Shown: positions 21,125 through 33,460, counted from the first letter of the stretch. The stretch: 35,737 bases of DNA from Octopus bimaculoides (GCF_001194135.2 NC_069008.1:3168967-3204703); one strand, 5' to 3'. Made by a program: numbers and translations. The notes: generated from the letters alone by a model not told the origin.

Positions 21125-23035
21125 GCTGTTTTGCCCTAGGTTGACTCTAATCGAGCAGAACTATGATCACAAGCTTTCCTGAGATAACCAACCATCCTGT
21201 CTTGTTTACGCAGGACTTAAAACCAGGGCTGGCCTTAAGTCATGTATCGCACAGGTTCACTGGTGCGCGAACATGGCCAGATTTCACATGAACCATTCTC
21301 CTGCCTAGGGTTAAATAGATGCTGTGTCTCAAGGATAAGCTCAGCGCAGAAAGAGATTAGTTGAATAAATTGTTAATAAACCAGCAGAAGGCACAAGGAA
21401 ATCACTGCTGAAGCTTTCTCAAGAGAATTCATGAGTTTTCACTCTTTGGCATGGAGAGTCATGATTGCTGATGCTTGTAGCCATGGCACATGAAACCAAA
21501 GAGAGAGAGAGAGAGAGAGGGGAGAAAGGGCTACATTATTTGATGTGCTTTCTTTATTTAAAATAGTGGAGTGTAGTTTGTGAGATATTTGGCTGCTTTT
21601 TCTAGCCATTGGAGGAATCGTATAAATGCTTTCATTAGATTGCATTTATTGTTGTTGTTACTATTGGCTATTCTGTTTCTTTGCAGTGTGCATCAGTAAT
21701 TATTGTGTTTGTCCAAAGAACTTTGATGATGCTTATTTCAATACAAAAAAATATTGTTAACTTTAATTTTTTTTTGTCTTTTTAAAACAAAGATATATTT
21801 TGTGTGTTTATACTGACTGTTGTGTGTTTGTGTGTTTGTGTGTGTGTGTGTGTGTGTGCATGCACACATCTGTGTGTTGCTGTTTGTGTTTAACCTCAGG
21901 TTAACCTTGACTGAAAGATCTATGATTAAAAGCATTCAAGCTATGACCATGCTATGACCATGATGTCTAATTGTGTCCTTTTTATTTAAAGATAGTGTGA
22001 CGTGATTTGAAGAAGATTTGCCTTCTATTTCTAGCAAGTTGAGCAATCACATTGATGCTTCTGTGTCAATGGCTTATGTATGTGCATGTGTGGGATACAT
22101 GTACTGTTTTTTTTTTAAATTTCAAATGCTGGGTCTCAAGGAAAAGGCAGTGCCCAGAGCCTCTGGAGGTTCTCCTAAATTGGTGAGATTGGTGTTATAA
22201 TGTTCATCCTGAACCTGTTGGTCAACAAGTGTGGTAAACACATAAACCTGGAGAGAACTCCAGAAGGTCGATGTTCAAGGAAGGAGGGACTTAGCATAAT
22301 GGTTAGTGCAAAGACCTAGAGAGTTGAACACAACAAAGGTGATAGAAGAAAGAAGAAGAGAAGCATTTGAGATAGGAATACCTGAGCAGAATTAGTATGA
22401 GCCCAACTTGCCCAGTTTATATATGACATGCAGTTCTAATATTAAAGAAATTCTGCTAGTAATTCTAGCAGGTGAAGCAACTGTGGCCAGGGCTATCTTA
22501 GTGGCATTATAAACCTCTGGTTAAAGCAATGCACTGGGGCTGCTTATATCCATAACCATAGCTTAAATAGATTAGGTTCAAGCCCTTAGACCAGTTAGGC
22601 CCCACCCAGAAAACTATCTAGTTTGCCCATACCATACCTTAAGACAGTAGTTACCACAATCACATAAAATCATCTTCATAGGATTCCCAGAGATATTTAG
22701 GTTTTGAGTTGTTCATATAATGTTAAATTCTTATAGTTTCTAGTCTGAAAATTAATACTTTGAGTATGTTTCTCTGATAGAATAAATGAAAGAATTGAGA
22801 CAGTTTGATAGCTTAAATTACCAAGTTTGGATTCTGCTTTTGTTTTTATAATTAACCACATAATATAACTTCATGGATTGTAAAACTTCTGTAGAAAAGT
22901 TCTTTTACTGCAACGAATTTCCTAGTTCTGAGTTTCTAATTATATATAAAATCTCTTGTTGTTTAGTCCTAGAGCAATACTAGTTGAGCAGACCTGCAAT
23001 CAAAGGTATTCCAACCATGATTACCCTGTTCTTTG
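21125..23035 (-). mobile_element. Scattered fragments of one SINE-like tail (~21125-21205, 21890-22070, 22957-23035; relative at ~4330-4445)
   Basis: Shared degenerate motif gttt(a/t)gccc..gg....cc..ga.cgagcaga.ctatgatcaaagg/agc.ttcc; the intervening DNA is not part of the element. Confidence 0.45.
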
Positions 23036-23472
23036 GGATGGGCAAAGTTTATTTAGAAGTCCATTTTAAAGGCATTCTTCATTCTTCTCAAACAGATATA
23101 GCTTTTGTTGTAGCCCTCTGTGACATAGAGGCTCCCTTTATTGGCTTCTATCAAATACCTTGACTGCTAAGCATTAGTAAAACTTACTAACATTTGACAG
23201 TATATAACATACATGGTTTCCCTTTCTTGTAATCAGTTTTATTCCTGTTCATTATATATTTGACAGTTGTTCTCTATATATTTCTATAATTAAAACACTC
23301 TATGCCTTTCTGGTCTCAGATTTTTTAGCAGTTATTTATTTTTAGCGGTCTAATGTCCATATTCAAGTGAAACTAATCTCTCTTTGAAAGAGAAAACTTA
23401 TTTGGTGAAAGGCTATTTATTTCTTTTGCTTTATTTCTTCTCAGAAATACATTTGGAATTAGAGATGTTTCT

Positions 23473-23477
<5 letters not shown>

Positions 23478-23547
<70 letters not shown>

Positions 23548-23600
23548 CCCACACACACACACATATATATATATATACATATATATACACATACACATAT
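23478..23600. repeat. (TA)n/(CA)n microsatellite
   Basis: Read directly. Confidence 0.95.
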
Positions 23601-24869
23601 AATGTTATGATGATGAGTATCTATTGTGATTTTCTTTGATATGCTTGTTCGTCATTTCTTTTGAATTCATTGCTGTGTTTCATTAATCAATAAGTATAAC
23701 AATTATTGTATTAGCACTAATGATGAAGATTTACTATATCTGTCTCTCATAATGAAGGACATTTTAAAACAACTTATTTTTCTCTTAGCAATTTTCTTTG
23801 CCTTTCTATTTTTGTGATTAAATAATTAGCTTACCTGCTTCCAAGCTTTAAATTTGTCTGTCATAAATCATTTTGCCTTCGAAACTGACATTAAATTTTC
23901 AGGGAGCCTGTCATTTGTTCATTTAACTATGTTTGTATTTATCAATGAATATGTATATTATTCTAAAAAGCCTTTACTATGGTTACATATTAGCAACTTT
24001 ATGTTGACATAAAACTATGTTTTACATCATTGATTTCTGTTTGTGATTTTATAATTTTGTTCACTCATATACAGGAATGAATTTTAGATCAAAATGTTTG
24101 ATAAATTTAATCTTTGGGAGAGACTAATTATCATTGCTATTGCTGTTAATATAAAATCAGTTCTTATTGGCTTAACATCAAATGTTGATAAATATGCTGA
24201 ACGAATTAAGCCTTCCAACAAACTTGAAACAGCTTTCTTTGCTCTTAAATTCAAGTACAATATTGATTAAATTGAAATTATATTTTAATAGATTTTTGCT
24301 TTAAATAAAATTACTGTTTTGTTGTTTAGATTTTACTTGTATAAATTTTTCACTTCAGGTTCTGAAAGAATATTATACAGAATATTGCTCTGAGAAATCA
24401 TACCTGTTATAATTTGTGTACCTGTTGTGATTGAAGTTCTAGATTTTTACTTATTGCATATGTAAAAGTGGTAGATGACTGTTGTACTTATGTTGCATAT
24501 GACATTGTTATCTCTTTTTGTAATAAGTATTATTTTTTCACAATATGTGATAAAATATTAGATTTACTTTATCCAGGCCTCTGAATGTTCTGTCTAGAAC
24601 ATACTATAGATATAAATCAGAAAACAGAACATGCTAAAGATATGAATGGGGAATTTTTAGCTGAGGAAAGAAGGAGCTTGTTTGTATGATATAACGCTGA
24701 AATAAATTTCTGTTTAAATTTTAAAAAATATTCTGTTACAATTGATTCAGTTATATTATGGAAATCCATCCATACTTCCAACAACTATTTACTGTGTGTG
24801 TGTGTTTATACAGCGGTCTTATAATTTGTGACAATATATAAGTACATGACCATAAATGCAAAGTTAAAG

Positions 24870-25070
24870 TCATTGTCATCGTAACATTCACATTTCCATG
24901 CTTGCATGCATTGCATGGAATTTGTAGTGGATTTTCTATGGTTGAACACTCTTCCTGTCACCAACCTTCACCTATTTCCTAGTGAGGTAATATTTCACCA
25001 TGACTAGACATGTCTTCATGCACTGAAAACGAAGGACATTACTTGCATGATGGTGACATTCACAATTTTA
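24870..25070 (-). mobile_element. SINE with RTE-type tail (same family as 55-290)
   Basis: catttccatgcttgcatg...ggattttcta...cttcctgtcaccaaccttcacctatttcc...gaggtaatatttcaccatgactagacatg. Confidence 0.6.
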
Positions 25071-25596
25071 TTATTTATACATGGATATATTTTATAATTA
25101 AGAGATAACACTTTGTAGATAAACATTCTCTAATTATACTTGTAAAAAAAGAAATTTTCTGAAGTTAGTCAGGAGAGGAGGGGAAATATTGGTGACTTTT
25201 TCAGGTCCTCCCAGCTTAGTGAGATTTAAGTAATCATGCCTGAAAGTCTAGAGCAGTCATGGGCAAACTGTGGCACATGGAACTTTCTGAATGGTATTCC
25301 TAATGTGAAATTGCCTTCAGTTTTTTTAGTAAGTGAAGTCTGCCTGATGATAAACCATGTCTCATGAGGCCTGCTTCTTAAAATAAGTTGCTCATGTTTG
25401 ATCTGTAGGAATTGTAAAATGTGACAGAGAGGAAAATGGAAGTGAAGTTTCAATGTTTGAAATATTAATGTTTTTTAAAAAGAATATGGATCTGTATCAG
25501 TTTCAACAATGAATGTATAGTTGTTTGGTCAACTGATCTACCTACTTATTAAATAATCATTTAAGTAGTTGAGTATTCCATAAACCCATGTATAAA

Positions 25597-25917
25597 CTGG
25601 CACTCCATTGATTACAATGAAGTTCCCAGTAGATCCAATCAACAAAATAGCCTGCTCATGAAATTAATGTGCATGTGGCTGAGCACTCCACAGACATGAA
25701 TACCCTTAACATAGTTCTCAGGGAGATTCAGCATGGCACAGAGTCTAATAATGCTGGCCCCTCGAAATACAGGTACTACTCATTTTTGCCACCTGAGTGG
25801 ACTGGAGCAATGTGAAATAAAGTGTCTTGCTCAAGAACACAATGCATCGCTGAAAATTGAACTCACAACCTTATGATTGTGAGCCAAATACTCTAACCAT
25901 TAAGCCACTTGCCTTCA
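25597..25917 (-). mobile_element. tRNA-derived SINE, family D: CORE-like middle plus the 3' half of family C
   Basis: Head gaaggcaagtggcttaatggttagag; middle ttgtgttcttgagcaagacactttatttcacattgctccagtccactcag; 3' half from gtacctgta onward aligns to 5472-5659. Confidence 0.8.
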
Positions 25918-26594
25918 TGCACCCATGTGTACCCTTAACATAATCCTCAATCAGAATCAGGCTTCAATCAGTTTCCTTCACAAGGTTTGGGTTGAACTGA
26001 AGCTGTGGTAAAAGACACTTGCCCAAGATACCATATTATAAGATTAAACTCAATATGGTGTGGTGGGAAGCAGACTTCCAGACAATTTGGCCATATGATA
26101 GAGAATAACAATTTATAAACCACTTTAGCTACTTCGCAAAAAGTAAACCAAATAGTATAACACTGTATAGATAAGGAAATAGAAAAAAATTCAGTTAAAG
26201 AAATTGATTTTTGAAAGAAAAACAATTAACCTAAAGATTAAAACCAGACATATAAAGAAAAGGAAAAGAAATGAGGTGACTTTTTATTCAAAATAAAACT
26301 GAAATTTATTATGACTGTATGCTTCAAGTATTTTACTTACATTTCAGCCTCTATATAATCCTATCTACATGTTTATTTGAATTGCAAAATCAACATCTTT
26401 ATCTGATTATAATGTGCTAGTTTAACTGTGGAAATGATTGAGCTTACTATAAGCACATGACTACTATTTTACTTAGCATTTTTGTTGCTATTAAATCAAT
26501 GCTTTCAATATCTGCTATATTAAAGCCTTCTATATTAGTTTTAGCATCTCTTCTCTCTTGGGATATATATGTATGTATGTATGTATATATATAT

Positions 26595-27220
26595 TCATCA
26601 TCATCATCATCGTAGTCGTTTAATGTCCGCTTTCCATGCTGGCATGGGTTGGACGGTTTGACTGAAGACTGGGGAGCCAGAAGGCTGCACCAGGCTCAGT
26701 ATGATTTGGCAAAGTTTCTACAGCTGGATGCCCTTCCTAACGCCAGCCACTCCGAGAGTGGCCTTGGCAATGATCACGCTTGGATGTACTTTTAACGTTC
26801 CACTGGCACAAGTGCAAATCAGGTGGCGCTGTCATCGGCCACGCCAGCGATTTTGATTCGATTTCACTTGCCTCAATAGGTCTTCGCAAGCAAAGTTTAT
26901 TGTCCAATGAATGAGGGGTACTCATAAGTGGGCTGGTTACATTCCATGTTCGGATGTGCTTTTAATGTTCCACTGGCATGAGTGCCAATAAGGCAGTACT
27001 GTCATCAGCCACGTCAGCAATTTTGATCATGAATTTATTTGCCTCAATAGGTCTTCGCAAGCAAAGTTTATTGTCCAATGAATGAAGGGTATTCATAAGT
27101 AGGCTGGTTACACTCACTGGCATAGGCCACGGGCTATGGTCTCACTTGGCTTGTCGGCTCTTCTCAAGCACAGCATACTTCCAAAGGTCTCAGTCACCAG
27201 TCATTGCCTTGGTAATGCCT
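26595..27220 (-). mobile_element. 5'-truncated RTE LINE 3' end (same family as 31297-33029)
   Basis: ORF end TKAMTGD*DLWKYAVLEKSRQAK*; long 3' UTR; (CAT)n terminus at 26595. Confidence 0.85.
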
Positions 27221-27583
27221 TCCTTTGATATTGCGGCAGAAACCAAGGCTGCGATTTAAGGACTGTGTCAAATCCTCATTAAAGGCCTGTGATATGCAGA
27301 CACTGACTGGGAGAACAATACCTGTCACCGCCACAGATGGAGGAAGCAGGTTAAGGAGGGGATCAACACTTTTGAGAGAGCACGTATCCAGCATGAAGAA
27401 CCTAAGCGAGCTGCACACAACTCGTATAGTGAATGGGGAATGTTTGCAGTCGTGTATGCTTGTCAAGAGCAAGGCTCATTAGCCACCAATGGAGCCACAA
27501 ATGCAAAATATAAACTAGTCCTAGAGCGCACAATGTTCCTGAAGGTTGGCAATGGTCTTCCTCGGTCACGAGTGGATGGCCAA
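27221..27583 (+). mobile_element. 5'-truncated 3' end of a different RTE (BovB-like) LINE
   Basis: QKPRLRFKDCVKSSLKACDM, then after frameshifts RWRKQVKEGINTFERARIQHEE and a degenerate C-terminal zinc-finger-like segment; ends in (TA)n. Confidence 0.7.
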
Positions 27584-29084
27584 TATATATATATATATAT
27601 ATATATATGCAGAGAGAGAGTGTGTGAGTCAAAAAAATGTTGTGCTTTAGAACTTGGAAATTAGAAAATGGTTGGTTCTTCAAATTCTCTTGGAATTTGT
27701 TTCCTGTGAGCTTTATTTATTGTTTCCAGTGAAGCTTCTTTGCTGAGAACAGGTGTTTGCATAATTAGATTTTTAAAAAATCAACAACATCGATCATTTT
27801 GACATTACTTAAAACTGGCATTAAATTTCCATTTAGTTGATTAATGGAAGCCTCTGTGTGTTTGTGCATATGTGTATGGGCATATGCATATGTGTGTGTG
27901 TATACATATATGTATATTTGTATGTGTGTGTATATATGTATACAACCCATGCTAGCATGGAAAGCGGACGTTAAATGTGTGTATATGTATATATGTGTCT
28001 GTATATATGTATATATGTGTGTGTGTATATGTATATATGTGTGTGTATATGTATGNNNNNNNNNNNNNNNNNNNNNNNNNNNNNNNNNNNNNNNNNNNNN
28101 NNNNNNNNNNNNNNNNNNNNNNNNNNNNNNNNNNNNNNNNNNNNNNNNNNNNNNNNNNNNNNNNNNNNNNNNNNNNNNNNNNNNNNNNNNNNNNNNNNNN
28201 NNNNNNNNNNNNNNNNNNNNNNNNNNNNNNNNNNNNNNNNNNNNNNNNNNNNNNNNNNNNNNNNNNNNNNNNNNNNNNNNNNNNNNNNNNNNNNNNNNNN
28301 NNNNNNNNNNNNNNNNNNNNNNNNNNNNNNNNNNNNNNNNNNNNNNNNNNNNNNNNNNNNNNNNNNNNNNNNNNNNNNNNNNNNNNNNNNNNNNNNNNNN
28401 NNNNNNNNNNNNNNNNNNNNNNNNNNNNNNNNNNNNNNNNNNNNNNNNNNNNNNNNNNNNNNNNNNNNNNNNNNNNNNNNNNNNNNNNNNNNNNNNNNNN
28501 NNNNNNNNNNNNNNNNNNNNNNNNNNNNNNNNNNNNNNNNNNNNNNNNNNNNNNNNNNNNNNNNNNNNNNNNNNNNNNNNNNNNNNNNNNNNNNNNNNNN
28601 NNNNNNNNNNNNNNNNNNNNNNNNNNNNNNNNNNNNNNNNNNNNNNNNNNNNNNNNNNNNNNNNNNNNNNNNNNNNNNNNNNNNNNNNNNNNNNNNNNNN
28701 NNNNNNNNNNNNNNNNNNNNNNNNNNNNNNNNNNNNNNNNNNNNNNNNNNNNNNNNNNNNNNNNNNNNNNNNNNNNNNNNNNNNNNNNNNNNNNNNNNAT
28801 GCACACACCAGCACACCACATCACACCACCCCGCACACACTAGCACTGACCACTTCCCAGCACCTATATCATCATCCATACCTCTACACATGCACACACG
28901 CACATGTTAATGTCACCAGCCCCCTTCCACATGCACACACACGCCCTCACATAGACACACATGCACTCCTTTATTTTGGGATCACCTCTACTTTATCTCC
29001 ACTACTTTATTATCTCCCCTTGTTCCTAGCTCTCCTGTGTCACCCCTCTGTCAGGCATTTGCCATCATAGATCACTAGCCACTA

Positions 29085-29245
29085 AACCTTTTCTATTTTC
29101 TCTCCCTGTTTATTTCTGTGTTCTTTTCTGTCGAAGAGTGTAGGCTCGAAATGTAAAAGACTTTCACTTCCCGAGTGTTAAACTAATACATCTGTTTGTT
29201 ATTTACACACCTGTCTTCGTCTTGTTGTTTTGTAAATCCTCACTA
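29085..29245 (+). mobile_element. Penelope-like terminal repeat fragment, copy 2
   Basis: ttcttttctgtcgaagagtgtaggctcgaaatgtaaaagactttcacttcccgagtgttaaactaataca. Confidence 0.6.
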
Positions 29246-29324
29246 TATATATGTGTGTGCTTGTATATGTGTGTATGTATATGTGTGTGTGTATATGTGT
29301 ATATATATGTGCGTGTGTGTATAG

Positions 29325-29403
<79 letters not shown>

Positions 29404-29460
29404 CATATATATATATACATATATACATGTATGTATATACATATGTATACATATATGTAT
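29245..29460. repeat. (TA)n/(TG)n/(CATA)n microsatellite block
   Basis: Read directly. Confidence 0.95.
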
Positions 29461-29512
29461 ACCCATGCCAGTATAGAAGGTGGATGTTAAACAATAATGA
29501 TGATGATATATA

Positions 29513-30220
29513 TGAGGGGAATTCAAAAATTATCTGCACTTTCGCCATAAAATATCTTTATTATTGTCACACTGCATTCTGCACAGACATTGTTATAATT
29601 GGATACTGTTGTGGTCATGTGATTAAAGTTTGGGTCTGATCACACCATTTATCTTTTTGGCTTTACAGTGTAAGCATGGCCACTCCACTATTAATGTGCA
29701 TCAAAGAAGAACAAAGTGCAGTGATCCAATTTCTTGGAAAAAGGGGTGTACGATCAACAGTGCAGGATACAATGCTTTGCTGCCCAACAAACAGAAGCCA
29801 GCAATTCACACCAAATGCTGAAGCCTATTGTTGAAGAGGGTTTTGTTTTTGCATGACATTACATGCCCACACAGCTACCCAGACCATTGAAGCTATTAAC
29901 CAACTGGATTTTGAGGTGCTAAAATGCCCTGTCTACAGCCCAGATCTCACTCCTTCTGACTATCATATCTTTGGACCACTCAAAAATGGTTTATGAGGTT
30001 GTCAATTTTCTATGGATGAAGATGTGAAAGGAAGCGGTGCATAAATGGTCGCATGACCACTCAGAAGCATTCTTCTTGGAGGGAATACGCAAGCTTGTGG
30101 ACTGCTGGACCAAGTGCATCGAACAGGAAGTAGACTATATAGAAAAATGACATACATGTTTATCCCCTGCTTTTGTGCAAGTACCTTGAGAAAATAAGAG
30201 TGCATATAATTTTTGACTCT

Positions 30221-30223
<3 letters not shown>
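29513..30223 (+). mobile_element. Internally deleted DD34D mariner with both TIRs
   Basis: TA-tgaggggaattcaaaaattatctgcact ... agtgcatataatttttgactctcca-TA. N-terminal MATPLLMCIKEEQSAVIQFL is joined to C-terminal LFLHD...VYSPDLTPSDYHIFGPLK...WTKCIEQEVDYIEK*. Confidence 0.85.
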
Positions 30224-30263
<40 letters not shown>

Positions 30264-31247
30264 NNNNNNNNNNNNNNNNNNNNNNNNNNNNNNNNNNNNN
30301 NNNNNNNNNNNNNNNNNNNNNNNNNNNNNNNNNNNNNNNNNNNNNNNNNNNNNNNNNNNNNNNNNNNNNNNNNNNNNNNNNNNNNNNNNNNNNNNNNNNN
30401 NNNNNNNNNNNNNNNNNNNNNNNNNNNNNNNNNNNNNNNNNNNNNNNNNNNNNNNNNNNNNNNNNNNNNNNNNNNNNNNNNNNNNNNNNNNNNNNNNNNN
30501 NNNNNNNNNNNNNNNNNNNNNNNNNNNNNNNNNNNNNNNNNNNNNNNNNNNNNNNNNNNNNNNNNNNNNNNNNNNNNNNNNNNNNNNNNNNNNNNNNNNN
30601 NNNNNNNNNNNNNNNNNNNNNNNNNNNNNNNNNNNNNNNNNNNNNNNNNNNNNNNNNNNNNNNNNNNNNNNNNNNNNNNNNNNNNNNNNNNNNNNNNNNN
30701 NNNNNNNNNNNNNNNNNNNNNNNNNNNNNNNNNNNNNNNNNNNAAATACACACACACATAATATATATATATATGCATATATACATGTACATATGTACAT
30801 ACACACATATGTATGTATACAGGCATGCATATACAGGACATCATAAAATGTAAACAACATGAAATATGAAAATAACGTTGGGTACGCAAAGAACAAGAGA
30901 AACAATGGAAAACAAGACAAGTAACATAAAAAAACGACCCTTCATCAGTTGTCAGCTGTCTTTCTACTCATTATTTTGTGCAATGTTTCTCTTGCTCTTT
31001 GCGTACCCAACGTTATTTTTGTATTTCATGTTCTTTACATTTTGTGACGTCCTGTACCCATATATGCATACCTATATACACATGTATGTATGTATGTATG
31101 TACATATGTGTGGGTGTATGCATATATATATATTATTTATATTATTATTTGATTGAATTTACGCTTCCATTTCCAAGATCTATCTATCTATCTATCTATC
31201 TAGCTAGCTGTCTATCTATCTATCTATATGTATATATATATGTGTGT

Positions 31248-31287
<40 letters not shown>

Positions 31288-31296
31288 TATGTATTT

Positions 31297-33029
31297 ATCA
31301 TCATTGTCGTTTAACTTCTGCTTTCCATGCTGGCATGGGTTGGATGGTTTTACTGAGGTCTGGTGAGCCAATCTCATCTAGAAAAGTGTGTACAGCTGAA
31401 TGCCCTTCCTAATGCTAACCACTCCAAGAGTGTAGTTAGTGTTTTTACGTGCCACCGGCATGAGAGCCAGTCAGGCAGTACTGGCAACCACCATGCTCGA
31501 AGAAGTTTTTTACAAGCCACCTGCATAGGAGGCAGTCCAGCAACACTGAAATGTTGTCTTTCATGTGCCACCTGCACATGTGCCAGTAACACTATGCTGG
31601 TAACGATCACACTTGAATGGTGCTTTTTACGTGCCACCCGCATGGGAGCCAGTCAGTGGCCCTAGCAATGATCACCCTTGGATGGTGCTTTTAATGTTCT
31701 GCTGGCATGAGTGCCAATCAGGCGATACTGTCATCGGCCATGTCAGCGATTTTGATTTCACTTGCCTCAACAGGTCTTCACAAGCAATGTTTATTGTCCA
31801 ATCAATGAAGGGTACTCATAAGTGGGCTGGTTATGCACCACTGCGATAGGCCACAGGTTATGGTCTGACTTGGCTTGCTGAGTCTTCTCAAGCACAGCAT
31901 ATCTCCAGAGGTTTCAGTCACTAGTCATTGCCTCGGTGAGGCCCAATGTTCGAAGGTTGTGCTTCACCTCCTCATGCCAAGTTTTCCTGGGTTTACCTCT
32001 TCCACAGGTTCTCTCAACTGCTAGGGTGTGACACTTTTTCATACAGCTGTAATCATTCATTTGCAACGCATGACCGTACCAGCGGAGTTGTCTCTGTTGC
32101 ACACCACATCTGATGCTTCTTAAATCCAACTTTTCTCTCAGGGCACTTACACTCTGTCGTGTATGCACACTGACATTACACACCCAGCGGAGCATACTGG
32201 TTTCATTCCTTGCAAGCTTACGCATGTCCTCAGCAGTCAAGGCCCATATTTCACTGCCATGTAGCATGGCTGCTCATACACATGCGTCATGCAGTCTACC
32301 TGTCATGCTGAGCGAGAGGCTCTTTGTGACCAGCAGATGTAGGAACTCTCTGAACTTTGCCCAGGCTATTCTTATTCTAGCAGCTACACTTTCAGAGCAT
32401 CCACCACCACTACTGACTTGGTCTCCTAGGTAATGGAAGCTCTCATCTACTTGTAGTTTTTCTCCCTGGAATGTGTAAAAAGCTGTTCTCTGTACAATTT
32501 CAGTGTTTATTGCTCCTGAGCATTTGCCACATACAAAAACTATCTTCCCAGTTAGCTTTCATTAGATATTGCTGCACCTCTTATGTGTCCATAACTTACA
32601 CTGGGTACATCTTATGGAGTTTCTACCTACACCTTTTCTACAGATCGAGCAGGGCCATCTACCTGAAGGGGTTTGTGTTTTTTCTACCTTCCTACTTATT
32701 AGGACTTTGGTTTTAGCTTATTAGGACTTTGGGTTTAGTTGACTCTAAGGCCCTTCAATTCTAGTCCTTGCTTCCATGCCTGAAACTTCTCCTCTAGTTC
32801 TGATAGTGACTCAGCAATTAGTGCAAAGTCATCAGCATAGAGGAGTTCCCAGGGACATCCTGTCTTGAATTCCTCTGTTATAGCCTGGAGGACTATGATA
32901 AAAAGGAGGGGGCTGAGGACAGAACCTTGGTGGACCCCTACCTCTACCCGGAATTCTTCACTGTACTCATTGGTAACCCTCACCTTACTGACAGCATCTC
33001 TGTACGTGGCTCACACAGCTCTCACTAAC
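31297..33029 (-). mobile_element. RTE LINE pseudo-copy: RT core, PHD-like insert, thumb and 3' UTR; 5' end in N-gap
   Basis: GVHQGSVLSPLLF, LLYADD (32828-39), KGLRVN, FHYLGDQV, MLHGSEIW, LRWYGH, GRGKPRKTW; stops and frameshifts, including a 22-bp tandem duplication at 32695-32738. Confidence 0.92.
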
Positions 33030-33319
33030 NNNNNNNNNNNNNNNNNNNNNNNNNNNNNNNNNNNNNNNNNNNNNNNNNNNNNNNNNNNNNNNNNNNNNNN
33101 NNNNNNNNNNNNNNNNNNNNNNNNNNNNNAGAGAGAGAGAGAGAGATAGATAGATAGACAAGATAGATAAATAGAGTTACATGCACACACACACATACAC
33201 ACATACATCTATGGGCGTAGCTCCTGCAATACATCTCCGGAATTCAGTTCAGTTTGAGTCTTGTAATGGTACCAGATTTTTGTCTTGTTCGACCATTTAG
33301 AAATCCTTAAGGATGACTG

Positions 33320-33460
33320 ATGACTTCGTTAAAAGAGCGTAGGCTCGAAACGTCAAAGACTTCTGACATTTTTTCTGAGCGTCAAACTAATACACTTTGC
33401 TTGTCTTTTCGCTCACTTTTTACTGTCTTACGTTGTTTTCGTTTTTTTTTTTGTATAATT
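33320..33460 (+). mobile_element. Penelope-like terminal repeat fragment, copy 3
   Basis: aaagagcgtaggctcgaaacgtcaaagact...gagcgtcaaactaataca. Confidence 0.6.

Noticed and set aside
24359-24395. Good acceptor (tttttcacttcAG) as the next SLC4 exon
   Set aside because: The phase-1 reading RSERILYRILL* stops and lacks the QRVQFILG motif.
25205-25235. Acceptor giving RPPSLVRFK
   Set aside because: Immediate stop and no donor; resemblance to PPSQRVQF is superficial.
27765-30920. Long ORFs of 180-408 aa in the track (also 34236-35032)
   Set aside because: They consist of N-gaps plus (TA)/(TG)/(CA) repeats and carry no coding signal.
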